From a virus (lineage: Duplodnaviria > Caudoviricetes): DNA of 56,709 bases. Made by a program: the position numbers and the translations under genes. The notes below the pieces were generated by a model, which saw only the letters and a list, made by a program, of their open reading frames with translations, was not told where the DNA came from and ran no database searches. Where the stretch lies: positions 1 through 56,709 of the IMG/VR virus record IMGVR_UViG_3300047276_000460, one strand, 5' to 3'. Shown piece by piece: positions 6,223 through 15,055 of this stretch. Position 1 is the first letter of the stretch; each line of letters starts with the position of its first letter.

Positions 6223-8736
6223 ATGGAAGACGACGACCAGCAGGATTACGGCGAGATGATCGAGCTTGAAGGCTCGGATCAGCCCGACGTCGAGGACACC
6301 GAAGACGGCGGCGCCATCGTGCGTCTCGACGAGGAAAACCCGAAGGCTGGCGAGAGCGAGTTCTACGCCAACCTCGCCGACGGCGTCATCCCCGAGCACG
6401 AGCTGACGCGCCTGTCGTCACGTCTCCTCGACCTTGTCAGCAAGGACAAGGACGCGCGCAAGAAGCGCGACGAGCAGTACGACGAGGGTCTGCGCCGCAC
6501 CGGCCTCGGCGACGACGCGCCCGGCGGCGCGGACTTCCAAGGCGCGTCGAAGGTCGTCCACCCGATGCTGACCGAGGCCTGCGTCGACTTCGCGGCGCGC
6601 GCCATGAAAGAAATCTTCCCCGCCACCGGCCCCGTGAAGTCGTTCGTGCCGGGCAAGGAGACCGACAAGAAGCTGGCCAAGGCCGACCGCAAGACGACGC
6701 TCCTCAACTGGCAGATGACCGTCCAGTGCCCCGAGGTGCGCGCGGAGCTGGAGCAGCTCATGACGCAGGTGCCGCTCGGCGGCGCGCAGTACATGAAGCT
6801 GGGCTGGGACGAGGCGAAAAACCGCCCGACGTTCCTCTTCGTCGCCATCGACGACATGTACCTGCCGTTCGCAGCCACCAACTTCTACACCGCGCAGCGC
6901 AAGACGCACGTCCAGTACCTGACGCAGCTTGACTACGAGCAGCGCGTCAAGAGCGGCATGTACCGCGACGTCGATCTGGCCCCGGCTGGCATGGAGCCGG
7001 AGATGTCGGTCGCGGCGCAGTCGAACGACAAGATCGAGGGCCGCGAGCAGACCAGCTATAACGAGGACGGCCTGCGCATCGTCTACGAGGTCTACGCAAT
7101 CGCCGACATCGAAGGCGACGGCGCGGCGCCGTACATCATCACCATCGACAAGACGTCGGGTAAGGTGCTCGCGATCTACCGCAACTGGGAAGAAGACGAC
7201 GAGCAGCAGGAAGAACTGCTCTGGTTCGTTGAGTGGCCGTTCATCCCGTGGCGCGGCGCATACCCGATTGGCCTGCCGCACATGATCGGCGGCCTGAGCG
7301 GTGCCGCGACGGGCGCGCTGCGTGCGCTCCTCGACAGCGCGCACATCAACAACAGCCAGACGATGCTCAAGCTCAAGGGCGGCACGGCGGGCGGCCAGAG
7401 CCTGTCGATCCAGCCGACGCAGACCATTGAGATTGAAGGCGGCCTCAACGTCGATGACGTGCGCAAGCTGGCCATGCCGCTGCCGTACAACCCGCCCAGC
7501 CCCGTGCTGTTCCAGTTGCTCGGCTTCCTCGTCGATGCAGGGCGCGGCGTCGTCCGCACGGCGCTCGAGGACATCGCCGACCAGAACCCGAACGCGCCGG
7601 TCGGCACGACGCTCGCCAAGATCGAGCAGGGCATGGTCGTGTTTTCGGCCATCCACGGTCGTCTGCACGACGCCATGGCGCGGATGCTGCGCATCCTGCA
7701 CCGTCTCAACGGCATGTATCTCGACGACGAAAAGCTCGAGCATGAGGCTGGCGAGGAACTGGCGACACGCGCCGACTTCGACGGCCCGCTCGACGTCGTG
7801 CCGGTGTCGGACCCGAACATCTTCTCCGAGGCGCAGCGCTTCGCGCAGGTGCAGGCCGTCGCCCAGCGCGCGGCCGCGATGCCGCAGCTCTACAACCCGC
7901 GCAAGGTCGAGGAGCGGCTGCTCGAGACGCTGAAAGTCCCGAACTACAAGGAACTGCTCGCTCCGGCCATGGAGCCGAAGGAGCAGAACGCGGTCAACGA
8001 GAACGTCGCCGCGACGCTCGGCCGACCGATCACGGCCTTCCCCGATCAGGACCACATCGCGCACATCAAGACGCACCTTGCCTACCTGCTGTCGCCGAAC
8101 TTCGGCATGTCGCCCCTGATCGCCCCCACGTTCATCCCCGTGATCCTGAACCACCTCAAGGAACACATCGCGCTCTGGTACGCGGCGAGCGTCTTCGAGG
8201 TGTCGAACGAGGCGCTCGGCGACGATCTTGGCGACATCATGAAGGAACTGGGCAAGGACGCCGAGAGCCGCAAGAGCCTCGACCAGATGCTTGCCGAGGC
8301 TGGCGCGGTCGTCGTGCAGGGTGGCAACGACGTCTTCGGCGCGCTGCCCCCAGTCATCCAGCAGGCGCAGCAGGTCATGCAGCAGTTTGCACCGCAGCCC
8401 ATGCAAGACCCGCGCGTCGCGCTCGAGGGGCAGAAACTTCAGGTGCAGGCGCGGCGCGACGAGCAGCAGACGCAACTCGAGCAGCAACGGCTCCAGCTTC
8501 AGGCGCAGGACAGCCAGCAGGACAGCCGGATCGACGCGGCCGAGCTGCAAGCGCGCATCGCCATCGAGGCGCAGCGCCAGCAGGCCGAGGACGCGCGCAA
8601 GGCCGCCGAGCTGCAAGCGCGCATGGCCATGAACACCGACGACAACCGCACGGCGATTGACCTCGCCTCGGCGGAAATCGCGTCGGGCGAAAAGATCGCA
8701 GTGTCAACCGGCACTGGGATTAACCCCAACCCGTAA
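6223..8736 (+). CDS. Portal protein with Q-rich C-terminal coiled-coil barrel
   Basis: Directly follows terL; 837 aa; VHPMLTEAC.DF.ARA motif; long helical Q/A/E-rich tail as in P22-like portals. Confidence 0.85.
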   Translation: MEDDDQQDYGEMIELEGSDQPDVEDTEDGGAIVRLDEENPKAGESEFYANLADGVIPEHELTRLSSRLLDLVSKDKDARKKRDEQYDEGLRRTGLGDDAPGGADFQGASKVVHPMLTEACVDFAARAMKEIFPATGPVKSFVPGKETDKKLAKADRKTTLLNWQMTVQCPEVRAELEQLMTQVPLGGAQYMKLGWDEAKNRPTFLFVAIDDMYLPFAATNFYTAQRKTHVQYLTQLDYEQRVKSGMYRDVDLAPAGMEPEMSVAAQSNDKIEGREQTSYNEDGLRIVYEVYAIADIEGDGAAPYIITIDKTSGKVLAIYRNWEEDDEQQEELLWFVEWPFIPWRGAYPIGLPHMIGGLSGAATGALRALLDSAHINNSQTMLKLKGGTAGGQSLSIQPTQTIEIEGGLNVDDVRKLAMPLPYNPPSPVLFQLLGFLVDAGRGVVRTALEDIADQNPNAPVGTTLAKIEQGMVVFSAIHGRLHDAMARMLRILHRLNGMYLDDEKLEHEAGEELATRADFDGPLDVVPVSDPNIFSEAQRFAQVQAVAQRAAAMPQLYNPRKVEERLLETLKVPNYKELLAPAMEPKEQNAVNENVAATLGRPITAFPDQDHIAHIKTHLAYLLSPNFGMSPLIAPTFIPVILNHLKEHIALWYAASVFEVSNEALGDDLGDIMKELGKDAESRKSLDQMLAEAGAVVVQGGNDVFGALPPVIQQAQQVMQQFAPQPMQDPRVALEGQKLQVQARRDEQQTQLEQQRLQLQAQDSQQDSRIDAAELQARIAIEAQRQQAEDARKAAELQARMAMNTDDNRTAIDLASAEIASGEKIAVSTGTGINPNP

Positions 8737-8748
8737 AGGACTGGACCA

Positions 8749-8892
8749 ATGGCGACCAAGAACGACGCCGTGTTGAGCAAGGGCAAGAGCACCGGCCCGA
8801 TCAACGCGGAAAACACCAACATGCACAAGCTCATGAAGATGGGCATGCAGCCGAAAACCGAAGTGTCGGGCGGTAAAAAGACCCCCGCATGA
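8749..8892 (+). CDS. Small basic protein (47 aa, MATKNDAVLSKGKSTGPINAENTNMHKLMKMG...)
   Basis: Manually translated; AAAGGA SD; ATGA overlap with next ORF. Confidence 0.65.
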   Translation: MATKNDAVLSKGKSTGPINAENTNMHKLMKMGMQPKTEVSGGKKTPA

Positions 8893-9083
8893 GGATAGAG
8901 ACCCTGCTTCAGCGCTTGGAGGCAGAGCAAGCAAAGTTTGCTCATGAAGCGCTGTCGCAGCCTGCTGGACGCGACCCCTTCGCGTATGGGCAGGCCGTCG
9001 GCATGTACGCGGGCCTCGAGCATGCAAAGCGCACCCTGATCGACCTCGTGGCCGAGAGGGAGCGCAAAGACTTCAACCTCTAA
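8889..9083 (+). CDS. Hypothetical head-module protein (64 aa)
   Basis: Y...VG.Y.GL motif typical of the small gene preceding phage co-chaperonins; overlap-coupled. Confidence 0.7.
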   Translation: MRIETLLQRLEAEQAKFAHEALSQPAGRDPFAYGQAVGMYAGLEHAKRTLIDLVAERERKDFNL

Positions 9084-9102
9084 CCCTGCGAAAGGAGCAC
9101 AC

Positions 9103-9531
9103 ATGCAGGAACTTGGTAACAAGGTTGAGTTTGGCTATGACAACGCGGACGAGGCGTTCCCGCCTTGCGATCCGGGCGTCACGCCATTTGGCAGCCGCGT
9201 CCTGTGCCAGATCAGGACGCCGAAGCAGAAGACGAAGGGCGGGATCATCCTGACCTCCGACACGCGTGAGACCGACGCGTGGAACACGCAAATCGCGAAG
9301 GTGATTGGCGTGGGCGAACTGGCGTTCCACAACCGCACGACAGGCGAGCCGTGGCCCGAGGGGTCGTGGTGTACCGTGGGCGACTTCGTCCGCGTGCCCA
9401 AGTACGGCGGCGACCGCTGGACTGTCAAAACCGCTGACGGCCAAGACGAAGCTCTTGTCGTCATTTTCAACGACCTCGACTTGATCGGCAAAGTGACGGG
9501 CGATCCGCTCGCCATGAAGGCGTTCATCTAG
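9103..9531 (+). CDS. groES: GroES-like co-chaperonin
   Basis: P.GSRVL, KTKGGIILT mobile loop, AKVIGVG, VGDFV.V.KYGG, IFNDLDLIG match the Cpn10 pattern. Confidence 0.85.
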   Translation: MQELGNKVEFGYDNADEAFPPCDPGVTPFGSRVLCQIRTPKQKTKGGIILTSDTRETDAWNTQIAKVIGVGELAFHNRTTGEPWPEGSWCTVGDFVRVPKYGGDRWTVKTADGQDEALVVIFNDLDLIGKVTGDPLAMKAFI

Positions 9532-9559
9532 TCGATAAGGCTACTAAAGGGAGCCGGTT

Positions 9560-10498
9560 ATGAGTGACCAGAACCAACTGACTGAACAAGACGACGACGA
9601 GCTGATCCCCGTCGAAACCGCACCGGAAGCTGAGGCGGAGGCAGGCAACGAGCCTGAAGAAGCCGAAGAGACCGAGGAGGAAGAGGACGAGGGCGACGAG
9701 CGTCTCGCCGAAAGCGACGACGACCACGACGAGGAAGTCTCCGCCAATCGCAAGCGGCGCCAGAAGCGTCGCGAGGTGCAGAAGCGCGCCAAGGAAAACG
9801 CCCAGCGTGAGATCGAGATGCTGCGCCAGATCAACGCCGATCTGGCCCGCCGCGTTTCGGCAATCGAGACGCACACGGCCAACAGCAACGCCCAGACCCT
9901 CGACCAGCGTCTCGCGCAGGCGGTGAACGAGGTTCAGCAGGCGGAGCACATCATCGCCAAGGCGACGGAGCAGGGCAACGGCGACGACGTCGTCGCGGCC
10001 ATGCGCCTCCGCGATCAGGCGATTGCCAACGCGCAGCAGCTTCAGGCGGCCAAGCAGCAGTTTGAGCAAGCCCGGCAGCAGGCGACGCAGCCGCGCGTCG
10101 ATCCGGCTGTCGTCAACTACGCCAAGCAGTGGATGGACGCCAACCCGTGGTACGACCCGCAGGGCGGCGACCGCGACAGCGCGCTGACGAAGGGCATCGA
10201 CAATGAGCTTGCGCGCGAGGGCTACAACCCTGCCACGCGCGAGTATTGGGAGGAGCTGACGGCACGCGTCGCGGATGCGATTGGTGGCGACGAACCCGCC
10301 CCCGCTGCGCGTCCGAAACGCAAGGCCCCGCCGACCGGAAATACGCGGGAGCACGCGCCGGTTAGCACCAAGAAAGAAATCTACGTGACACCTGAGCGGA
10401 AACAGGCTATGATTGATGCTGGAGTGTGGGATGACCCCGCGCTTCGCCAACGCTATCTGAAGGCGTATCAGTCGTATGACAATGGTTCGGCTCGCTGA
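9560..10498 (+). CDS. Capsid scaffolding-like protein
   Basis: Acidic N-terminus, long coiled coil, W...NPWY motif; position between portal and capsid. Confidence 0.7.
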   Translation: MSDQNQLTEQDDDELIPVETAPEAEAEAGNEPEEAEETEEEEDEGDERLAESDDDHDEEVSANRKRRQKRREVQKRAKENAQREIEMLRQINADLARRVSAIETHTANSNAQTLDQRLAQAVNEVQQAEHIIAKATEQGNGDDVVAAMRLRDQAIANAQQLQAAKQQFEQARQQATQPRVDPAVVNYAKQWMDANPWYDPQGGDRDSALTKGIDNELAREGYNPATREYWEELTARVADAIGGDEPAPAARPKRKAPPTGNTREHAPVSTKKEIYVTPERKQAMIDAGVWDDPALRQRYLKAYQSYDNGSAR

Positions 10499-10515
10499 TT
10501 AAGGAGTGAGACAAC

Positions 10516-11067
10516 ATGACGAATGCTACTGAAGATACACGCTTGAAGAAGCTGGACATTGACATTGCTGCTCGGCGCGACACGCGCCGGTCTGAGGATC
10601 GCAACGTGACCGAGGACCGTGCCTTGAGCGAAGACGACCGGCTTGAGATGTTCAGGAACCAACTTTTCAATGACGCACTTCCTGATTTGCCGGAACTGCC
10701 CGGATATCACATGTGCTGGTTGACCACGCAAAATCCGCGTGACCCCATCCACCGCCGTATGCAGCTCGGTTACGAGCCGGTGCGGCCGGAAGAAATTCCG
10801 GGGATGGAGTACGCCTCGATCAAGACTGGCGAATGGCAGGGCTTCATCGGGGTCAACGAGATGCTGGCGTTTAAGCTGCCCTTGAGCCTCTACAACAGGT
10901 TCATGCAGGAAGCTCACCACGACGCTCCGTTGAGGGAAGAGGACAAGCTCGCCGAAGTCGCGGAGATTATGCGCGAACAGGCTGAGCGTGCGGGCACCAC
11001 CATGTTTGAGGGCGACGGAATGGCGGAAATGCGTTCGTTCAACCCCCGCGCGCCACAGGAGTGGTAG
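10516..11067 (+). CDS. Conserved head-module hypothetical protein
   Basis: AAGGAG SD; PGYH.CWL...R..LGYEPV pattern; head cluster. Confidence 0.7.
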   Translation: MTNATEDTRLKKLDIDIAARRDTRRSEDRNVTEDRALSEDDRLEMFRNQLFNDALPDLPELPGYHMCWLTTQNPRDPIHRRMQLGYEPVRPEEIPGMEYASIKTGEWQGFIGVNEMLAFKLPLSLYNRFMQEAHHDAPLREEDKLAEVAEIMREQAERAGTTMFEGDGMAEMRSFNPRAPQEW

Positions 11068-11100
11068 CGGGGTCGTCCAACCAACAAGAGGTATAAGGCT

Positions 11101-11667
11101 ATGTCTTCGGTTTCCCAGCCGTTCGGCCTCCGCCCCGTTTACTCGCCGAGTGGTGTGGTTCGCCCCACCGCTTACTCGATCCTCACGGGCTACGCGTCGA
11201 ACATTTTCCAGAACCAGCCGGTCAAGATCATTCCGTCTTCGACCGGCGAAGGCACCATCGGTGTGGCCGCCATCGGCGACCGCTTCATCGGCACCTTCCA
11301 AGGCGTTGAGTTCACGGACACGGACGGTCGCCGTCGCGTTTCCAACAAGTGGACCGCATCGACCGCAGCGACCGACATCGTTGCGTACGTCACGCTTGAC
11401 CCGACCATCGTTTACGAAATCCAGAGCAACGCTGCCCTGAACGTGACCGACATCGGCAAGCAGTACGACTTCACCACCGTCGGCACTGGCTCGACTGTGG
11501 TCGGCATCAGCCAGATGATGCTGGACGTCGCTTCGGCTGCTGCGAACGCAAGCCTCCGCCTGATCGGCATCACGCCCGGTCCCGACAACAACTGGGGCGA
11601 TAACTACGTCATCGCTCAGGTCCAGATCAGCGAACATCAGAACGTCGCTGACGTGGCCGCATACTAA
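11101..11667 (+). CDS. Putative capsid decoration/cement protein
   Basis: PFGLRPV start, beta-rich, immediately upstream of MCP, highly biased codon usage. Confidence 0.65.
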   Translation: MSSVSQPFGLRPVYSPSGVVRPTAYSILTGYASNIFQNQPVKIIPSSTGEGTIGVAAIGDRFIGTFQGVEFTDTDGRRRVSNKWTASTAATDIVAYVTLDPTIVYEIQSNAALNVTDIGKQYDFTTVGTGSTVVGISQMMLDVASAAANASLRLIGITPGPDNNWGDNYVIAQVQISEHQNVADVAAY

Positions 11668-11680
11668 GGAGGGCTGACAC

Positions 11681-12595
11681 ATGGCTACCCCAATGCGGAG
11701 TACTGATTTCCGCGCCATCGTTGAACCGATCCTCAACGAGGAGTTCAACGGCATCTACGATCAGCGTGCTGACGAATGGTCGCAGGTCTTCAAGGAGTTC
11801 AAGGGCATCCCCCGGAACTACCACGAAGAGCCTGTCCTGTTCGGCTTCGGTGCTGCACCGGAACTGCCGGACGGCATGCCGGTCACATACCAGTCTGGTG
11901 GCGTGCTCTTCATTCAGCGCTACGTCTACAAGGTCTACGGCCTTGCATTCGCGCTGACGAAGGTCCTCGTCGAAGACGGCGATCACATCCGTATCGGTCA
12001 GACCTACGCGCGTCACCTCGCGCAGTCGCTGATCGAAACCAAGGAAACCCTTGGTGCGAACATCCTCAACCGCGCCTTCAACAGCGCGTATGCAGGGGGC
12101 GACGGCAAGTCGCTCGTCGCGACGGATCACCCGATTGCCACCGGCACCTTCTCCAACCAGCTCTCGACCGCTGCGAACCTTTCGCAGACGTCGCTTGAGC
12201 AGCTCCTCATTCAAATCCGCAACGCCGTCGACAACAACGGCAAGCGCATTCGTCTGACGCCGAAGAAGATCGTTTCTGGCCCCAGCAACGTCTTCCAAGC
12301 CGAGGTTCTGCTGAAGAGCGCCCTGCGCGCAGGCACCGCGAACAACGACATCAACCCCGTCAAGTCGATGGGGCTGCTGGACGATGGTCAGGCCAACCTG
12401 TCGCGTATCACCTCGACGACCGCATGGTGGGTCCAGACGGACGCGCCGGAAGGCCTCAAGCTCGCGATGCGTCGCGGCCTCGAGAAGTCGATGGAAGGTG
12501 ACTTCGAAACCGACAGCATGCGCTACAAGGCCACCGAGCGTTACGCGTTCGGCTGGACCGACCCGCGCGGCGTGTACGGCACGGCTGGCATCTAA
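11681..12595 (+). CDS. Major capsid protein (Mu gpT-like HK97 fold)
   Basis: AAGGAGG SD; GGDGKSL..TDHP and YKATERYAFGWTDPRGVYG C-terminal motifs; 304 aa; followed by hairpin. Confidence 0.85.
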   Translation: MATPMRSTDFRAIVEPILNEEFNGIYDQRADEWSQVFKEFKGIPRNYHEEPVLFGFGAAPELPDGMPVTYQSGGVLFIQRYVYKVYGLAFALTKVLVEDGDHIRIGQTYARHLAQSLIETKETLGANILNRAFNSAYAGGDGKSLVATDHPIATGTFSNQLSTAANLSQTSLEQLLIQIRNAVDNNGKRIRLTPKKIVSGPSNVFQAEVLLKSALRAGTANNDINPVKSMGLLDDGQANLSRITSTTAWWVQTDAPEGLKLAMRRGLEKSMEGDFETDSMRYKATERYAFGWTDPRGVYGTAGI

Positions 12596-12602
12596 CCGGG
12601 AT

Positions 12603-12618
12603 GGGGGCTTCGGCCCCC
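12603..12618 (+). terminator. UUCG hairpin after MCP (weak terminator or mRNA stabiliser)
   Basis: GGGGGC-TTCG-GCCCCC followed by pyrimidine tract TCCCTTCTTC. Confidence 0.55.
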
Positions 12619-12643
12619 TCCCTTCTTCATCAGGAGAAAACAG

Positions 12644-13087
12644 ATGTCTCAGACGACATGGAGCGGCCCGCTCGCATCCGGTGACAAGAACGCAGGCGAA
12701 AGCGGCGGCCCGAATATCGGCCTCGCCGTCCTCTCGCAGACGGTCCTCATCAACTTCGATGCGACGCTGGTCCAGAACGCCACCACGTATCTGCCCGCGC
12801 AGTCCCAGATCGTTGACATCGTTGTTGACGGCCTCACGGCCTACAACAGCGCGACCTCCGCGACCCTCTCGGTCGGCACCACTTCCGGTGGCACCGAGTA
12901 CGTCAGCGGCGTCAACGTCAAGACGACTGGCCGCAAGTCGAACGGCTATTCCGCCGCGCAGCTTGCCGCCATGGACGGCATCGGCACGAACACGACGGTG
13001 GTCGCCACGGTCACGTCTGTTGGCCAGCCCACGGCTGGTCAGGTCCGCGTCACGTACCTGTACGTGCAGACAACGGCCGATGACTGA
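12644..13087 (+). CDS. Putative virion (head-associated) protein
   Basis: CAGGAGA SD; T/G/S-rich beta protein following MCP. Confidence 0.7.
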   Translation: MSQTTWSGPLASGDKNAGESGGPNIGLAVLSQTVLINFDATLVQNATTYLPAQSQIVDIVVDGLTAYNSATSATLSVGTTSGGTEYVSGVNVKTTGRKSNGYSAAQLAAMDGIGTNTTVVATVTSVGQPTAGQVRVTYLYVQTTADD

Positions 13088-13108
13088 TCGCTGAAAAAGT
13101 GATATAGG

Positions 13109-13159
13109 CTAGGGGCTGCTGGCTGGATTGGGAGTTCCCGGTCGAAAGGCAGCCCCTAG
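13109..13159 (+). other. Intergenic stem-loop (11-bp perfect stem, structured loop)
   Basis: CTAGGGGCTGC (13109-13119) / GCAGCCCCTAG (13149-13159); preceded by ATGACT-17nt-TATAGG. Confidence 0.65.
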
Positions 13160-13176
13160 TTTTAGAGGACAATACG

Positions 13177-13581
13177 ATGGCTGACGCAGTTACCTCCCAG
13201 ACGATCTTCGACGGTGAGCGCGAAGCCGTCATGAAATTCACGAACATTTCTGACGGCACTGGCGAAACCGCTGTGCTCAAGGTCGATGTTTCCGCTCTCG
13301 CGAAGAGTTCCTTCAACAAGGCTTGTGACGGGGTCACACTCGACCGCATCCACGCCTCGATCAACGGCATGTCCGTTTCGCTCCTCTGGGACGCTGACAC
13401 CGACGTTCCGGCCGTGATCCTCGCGCCGGGCATGTACACTTTTGACCACGGCAAGCGCATCCAGCTTCCGAACAACGCAGGCACCGGCAAGACCGGCAAC
13501 ATCCTGTTCACCACCATCGGCGCATCGGCTGGGGACACGTACTCCATCGTGCTCGAGATGGTGAAATCCTACGCCGACTGA
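13177..13581 (+). CDS. Conserved virion-module hypothetical protein
   Basis: GAGGA SD; MADAVTSQTI.DG.R..VMKFTNISDGTGE.AV.KVDVSAL. Confidence 0.75.
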   Translation: MADAVTSQTIFDGEREAVMKFTNISDGTGETAVLKVDVSALAKSSFNKACDGVTLDRIHASINGMSVSLLWDADTDVPAVILAPGMYTFDHGKRIQLPNNAGTGKTGNILFTTIGASAGDTYSIVLEMVKSYAD

Positions 13582-14297
13582 TGCCTAGCGCGTACGGCCC
13601 CTCGGCATTCAGCGAGACGCTCCAGCGCGCCCAGCGTGACATGCAGGACGTGCTGGGCATGAACGTGCGTCCGATGCCAGCGCAGCAGCCGCGACCGCAG
13701 GTCAATGCCCAGATTATGCCACAGGGCATGCACGTCGGCGCGCAGGTGCCTATGGGCCAGAACCAAATGCAGCTCGGCATGCAGACGCGGGGCCTCACGC
13801 CGCAGAACTTTTCCGCGCAGTACACGCAGCCGAACCAGAGTTTCGGCCTGAACTACCAGCCCCAGAACAACGGCTTGACGGCCTCGTACACGCGCCGCTT
13901 CCAAGAGGGCGGCCTCGCCACGTCGCTGAGTAACGATCCTGACCGACATTTGCGTGAGGAAGAGTTTGTCAGCGCCCGCAACACGTACATGCGCGACATG
14001 GTCGGCAAGCCACGCGCCAAAGGCGGCCTCGCCATGGCAGAAGGCGGGGGCGCGTGGACGCGCAAGGAAGGCCAGAACCCCGAAGGCGGCTTGAACGCTA
14101 AGGGCCGAGCCTCCTTGCGCGCCCAAGGCCACGACATCAAGCCTCCGGTCTCGGCCAAGCAGGCGAAGAAATCGCCCAAGGCCGCCGCACGCCGCAAGTC
14201 ATTTTGCGCGCGGATGAGTGGAATGCCGGGACCGATGAAGGATGAGAAGGGCCGTCCAACCCGCAAGGCCCTGTCGCTCCGCAAGTGGGACTGTTGA
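13581..14297 (+). CDS. Composite protein: Q/M-rich N-terminus plus basic DUF6321-like C-terminus
   Basis: AWTRKEGQNPEGGLNAKGRAS...RRKSFCARMSG...LRKWDC recognised as DUF6321-like; repeated xxGGL motifs. Confidence 0.7.
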   Translation: MPSAYGPSAFSETLQRAQRDMQDVLGMNVRPMPAQQPRPQVNAQIMPQGMHVGAQVPMGQNQMQLGMQTRGLTPQNFSAQYTQPNQSFGLNYQPQNNGLTASYTRRFQEGGLATSLSNDPDRHLREEEFVSARNTYMRDMVGKPRAKGGLAMAEGGGAWTRKEGQNPEGGLNAKGRASLRAQGHDIKPPVSAKQAKKSPKAAARRKSFCARMSGMPGPMKDEKGRPTRKALSLRKWDC

Positions 14298-14298
14298 C

Positions 14299-15054
14299 AT
14301 GCCAAGTCCGCGCGCACGTGTTGCAAAAGCAGTGATTGACTGGGTTGCAGATGCCGCAGAACGTCTCGCCAATCGTGATTTGTTTGCCGCAAAAAGTGTT
14401 GTCCGCGAGGGGAGTGCGCCTCGGCGCGTGTATACCGGTACATCGAAGGACAAAGATTTTACGGCGTTTCGGGTACCTCGGAATGGCACTTGGTTCGCTG
14501 CCGATCCGAAGGAGGCTTCAGCGTACGCACTTCAAAATGATAGCATGGATTGGAAACGAGACCCAACTGGTCCAAATCCGTGGTCGATGAAAGAAACTAA
14601 TCGCGCTTCACGTGTGATGCCCGCGTATCTGAACATCCAAAACCCCATGCGATACCCCAATCCTAGTGATATGCACGAGCACGTGATGAGCCTCGCCGGG
14701 CAGAACTACAAGCGAGGCCAAGGCATGCTGTTCGATCAACTGCGTGCTAAGGGACATGATGGCGTCATTTTGGGCGATGACGATGTTTTCGTCGTGCTGC
14801 GCGACCCTACCCAAATTAAATCCGCAATCGGAAATCGTGGGACATTTGATCCCCGCGAAAAAGATATTCATAAGGCGCGAGGCGGCCTCGCTGTGAAGCC
14901 CGTCTGGGGCAAGAAGCGCCCCAAAGACCTCGGGAAGCCGAAGAGCCTCTCCGTCAAAAAGAAAGCCGCAGCCAAGCGTCGTGCTGAAGCCGCTGGCCGA
15001 CCCTATCCAAATCTCGTCGATAATATGGCTGTCGCGCGCAAGAAAGGTAAGTGA
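14299..15054 (+). CDS. ADP-ribosyltransferase-like (ART-PolyVal-like) domain fused to a basic C-terminal peptide
   Basis: VY[T]GT..DF..F, G.WFA.DP..AS.YA, VMP.YL...NP, GHDGVI, VV..P.QIKSAIGN.G.FD..DI pattern; C-term KPVW.K.RPK.LGK...AGRPYPNLVDNM. Confidence 0.7.
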   Translation: MPSPRARVAKAVIDWVADAAERLANRDLFAAKSVVREGSAPRRVYTGTSKDKDFTAFRVPRNGTWFAADPKEASAYALQNDSMDWKRDPTGPNPWSMKETNRASRVMPAYLNIQNPMRYPNPSDMHEHVMSLAGQNYKRGQGMLFDQLRAKGHDGVILGDDDVFVVLRDPTQIKSAIGNRGTFDPREKDIHKARGGLAVKPVWGKKRPKDLGKPKSLSVKKKAAAKRRAEAAGRPYPNLVDNMAVARKKGK

Positions 15055-15055
15055 C

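Noticed and set aside
4711-8616. Long antisense ORFs opposite terL and portal (562 and 732 aa); likewise 34349-36310, 37315-38817, 44085-45314 and 48807-50864
   Set aside because: Shadow frames expected from strong GC3 bias; no SD, no recognisable motifs
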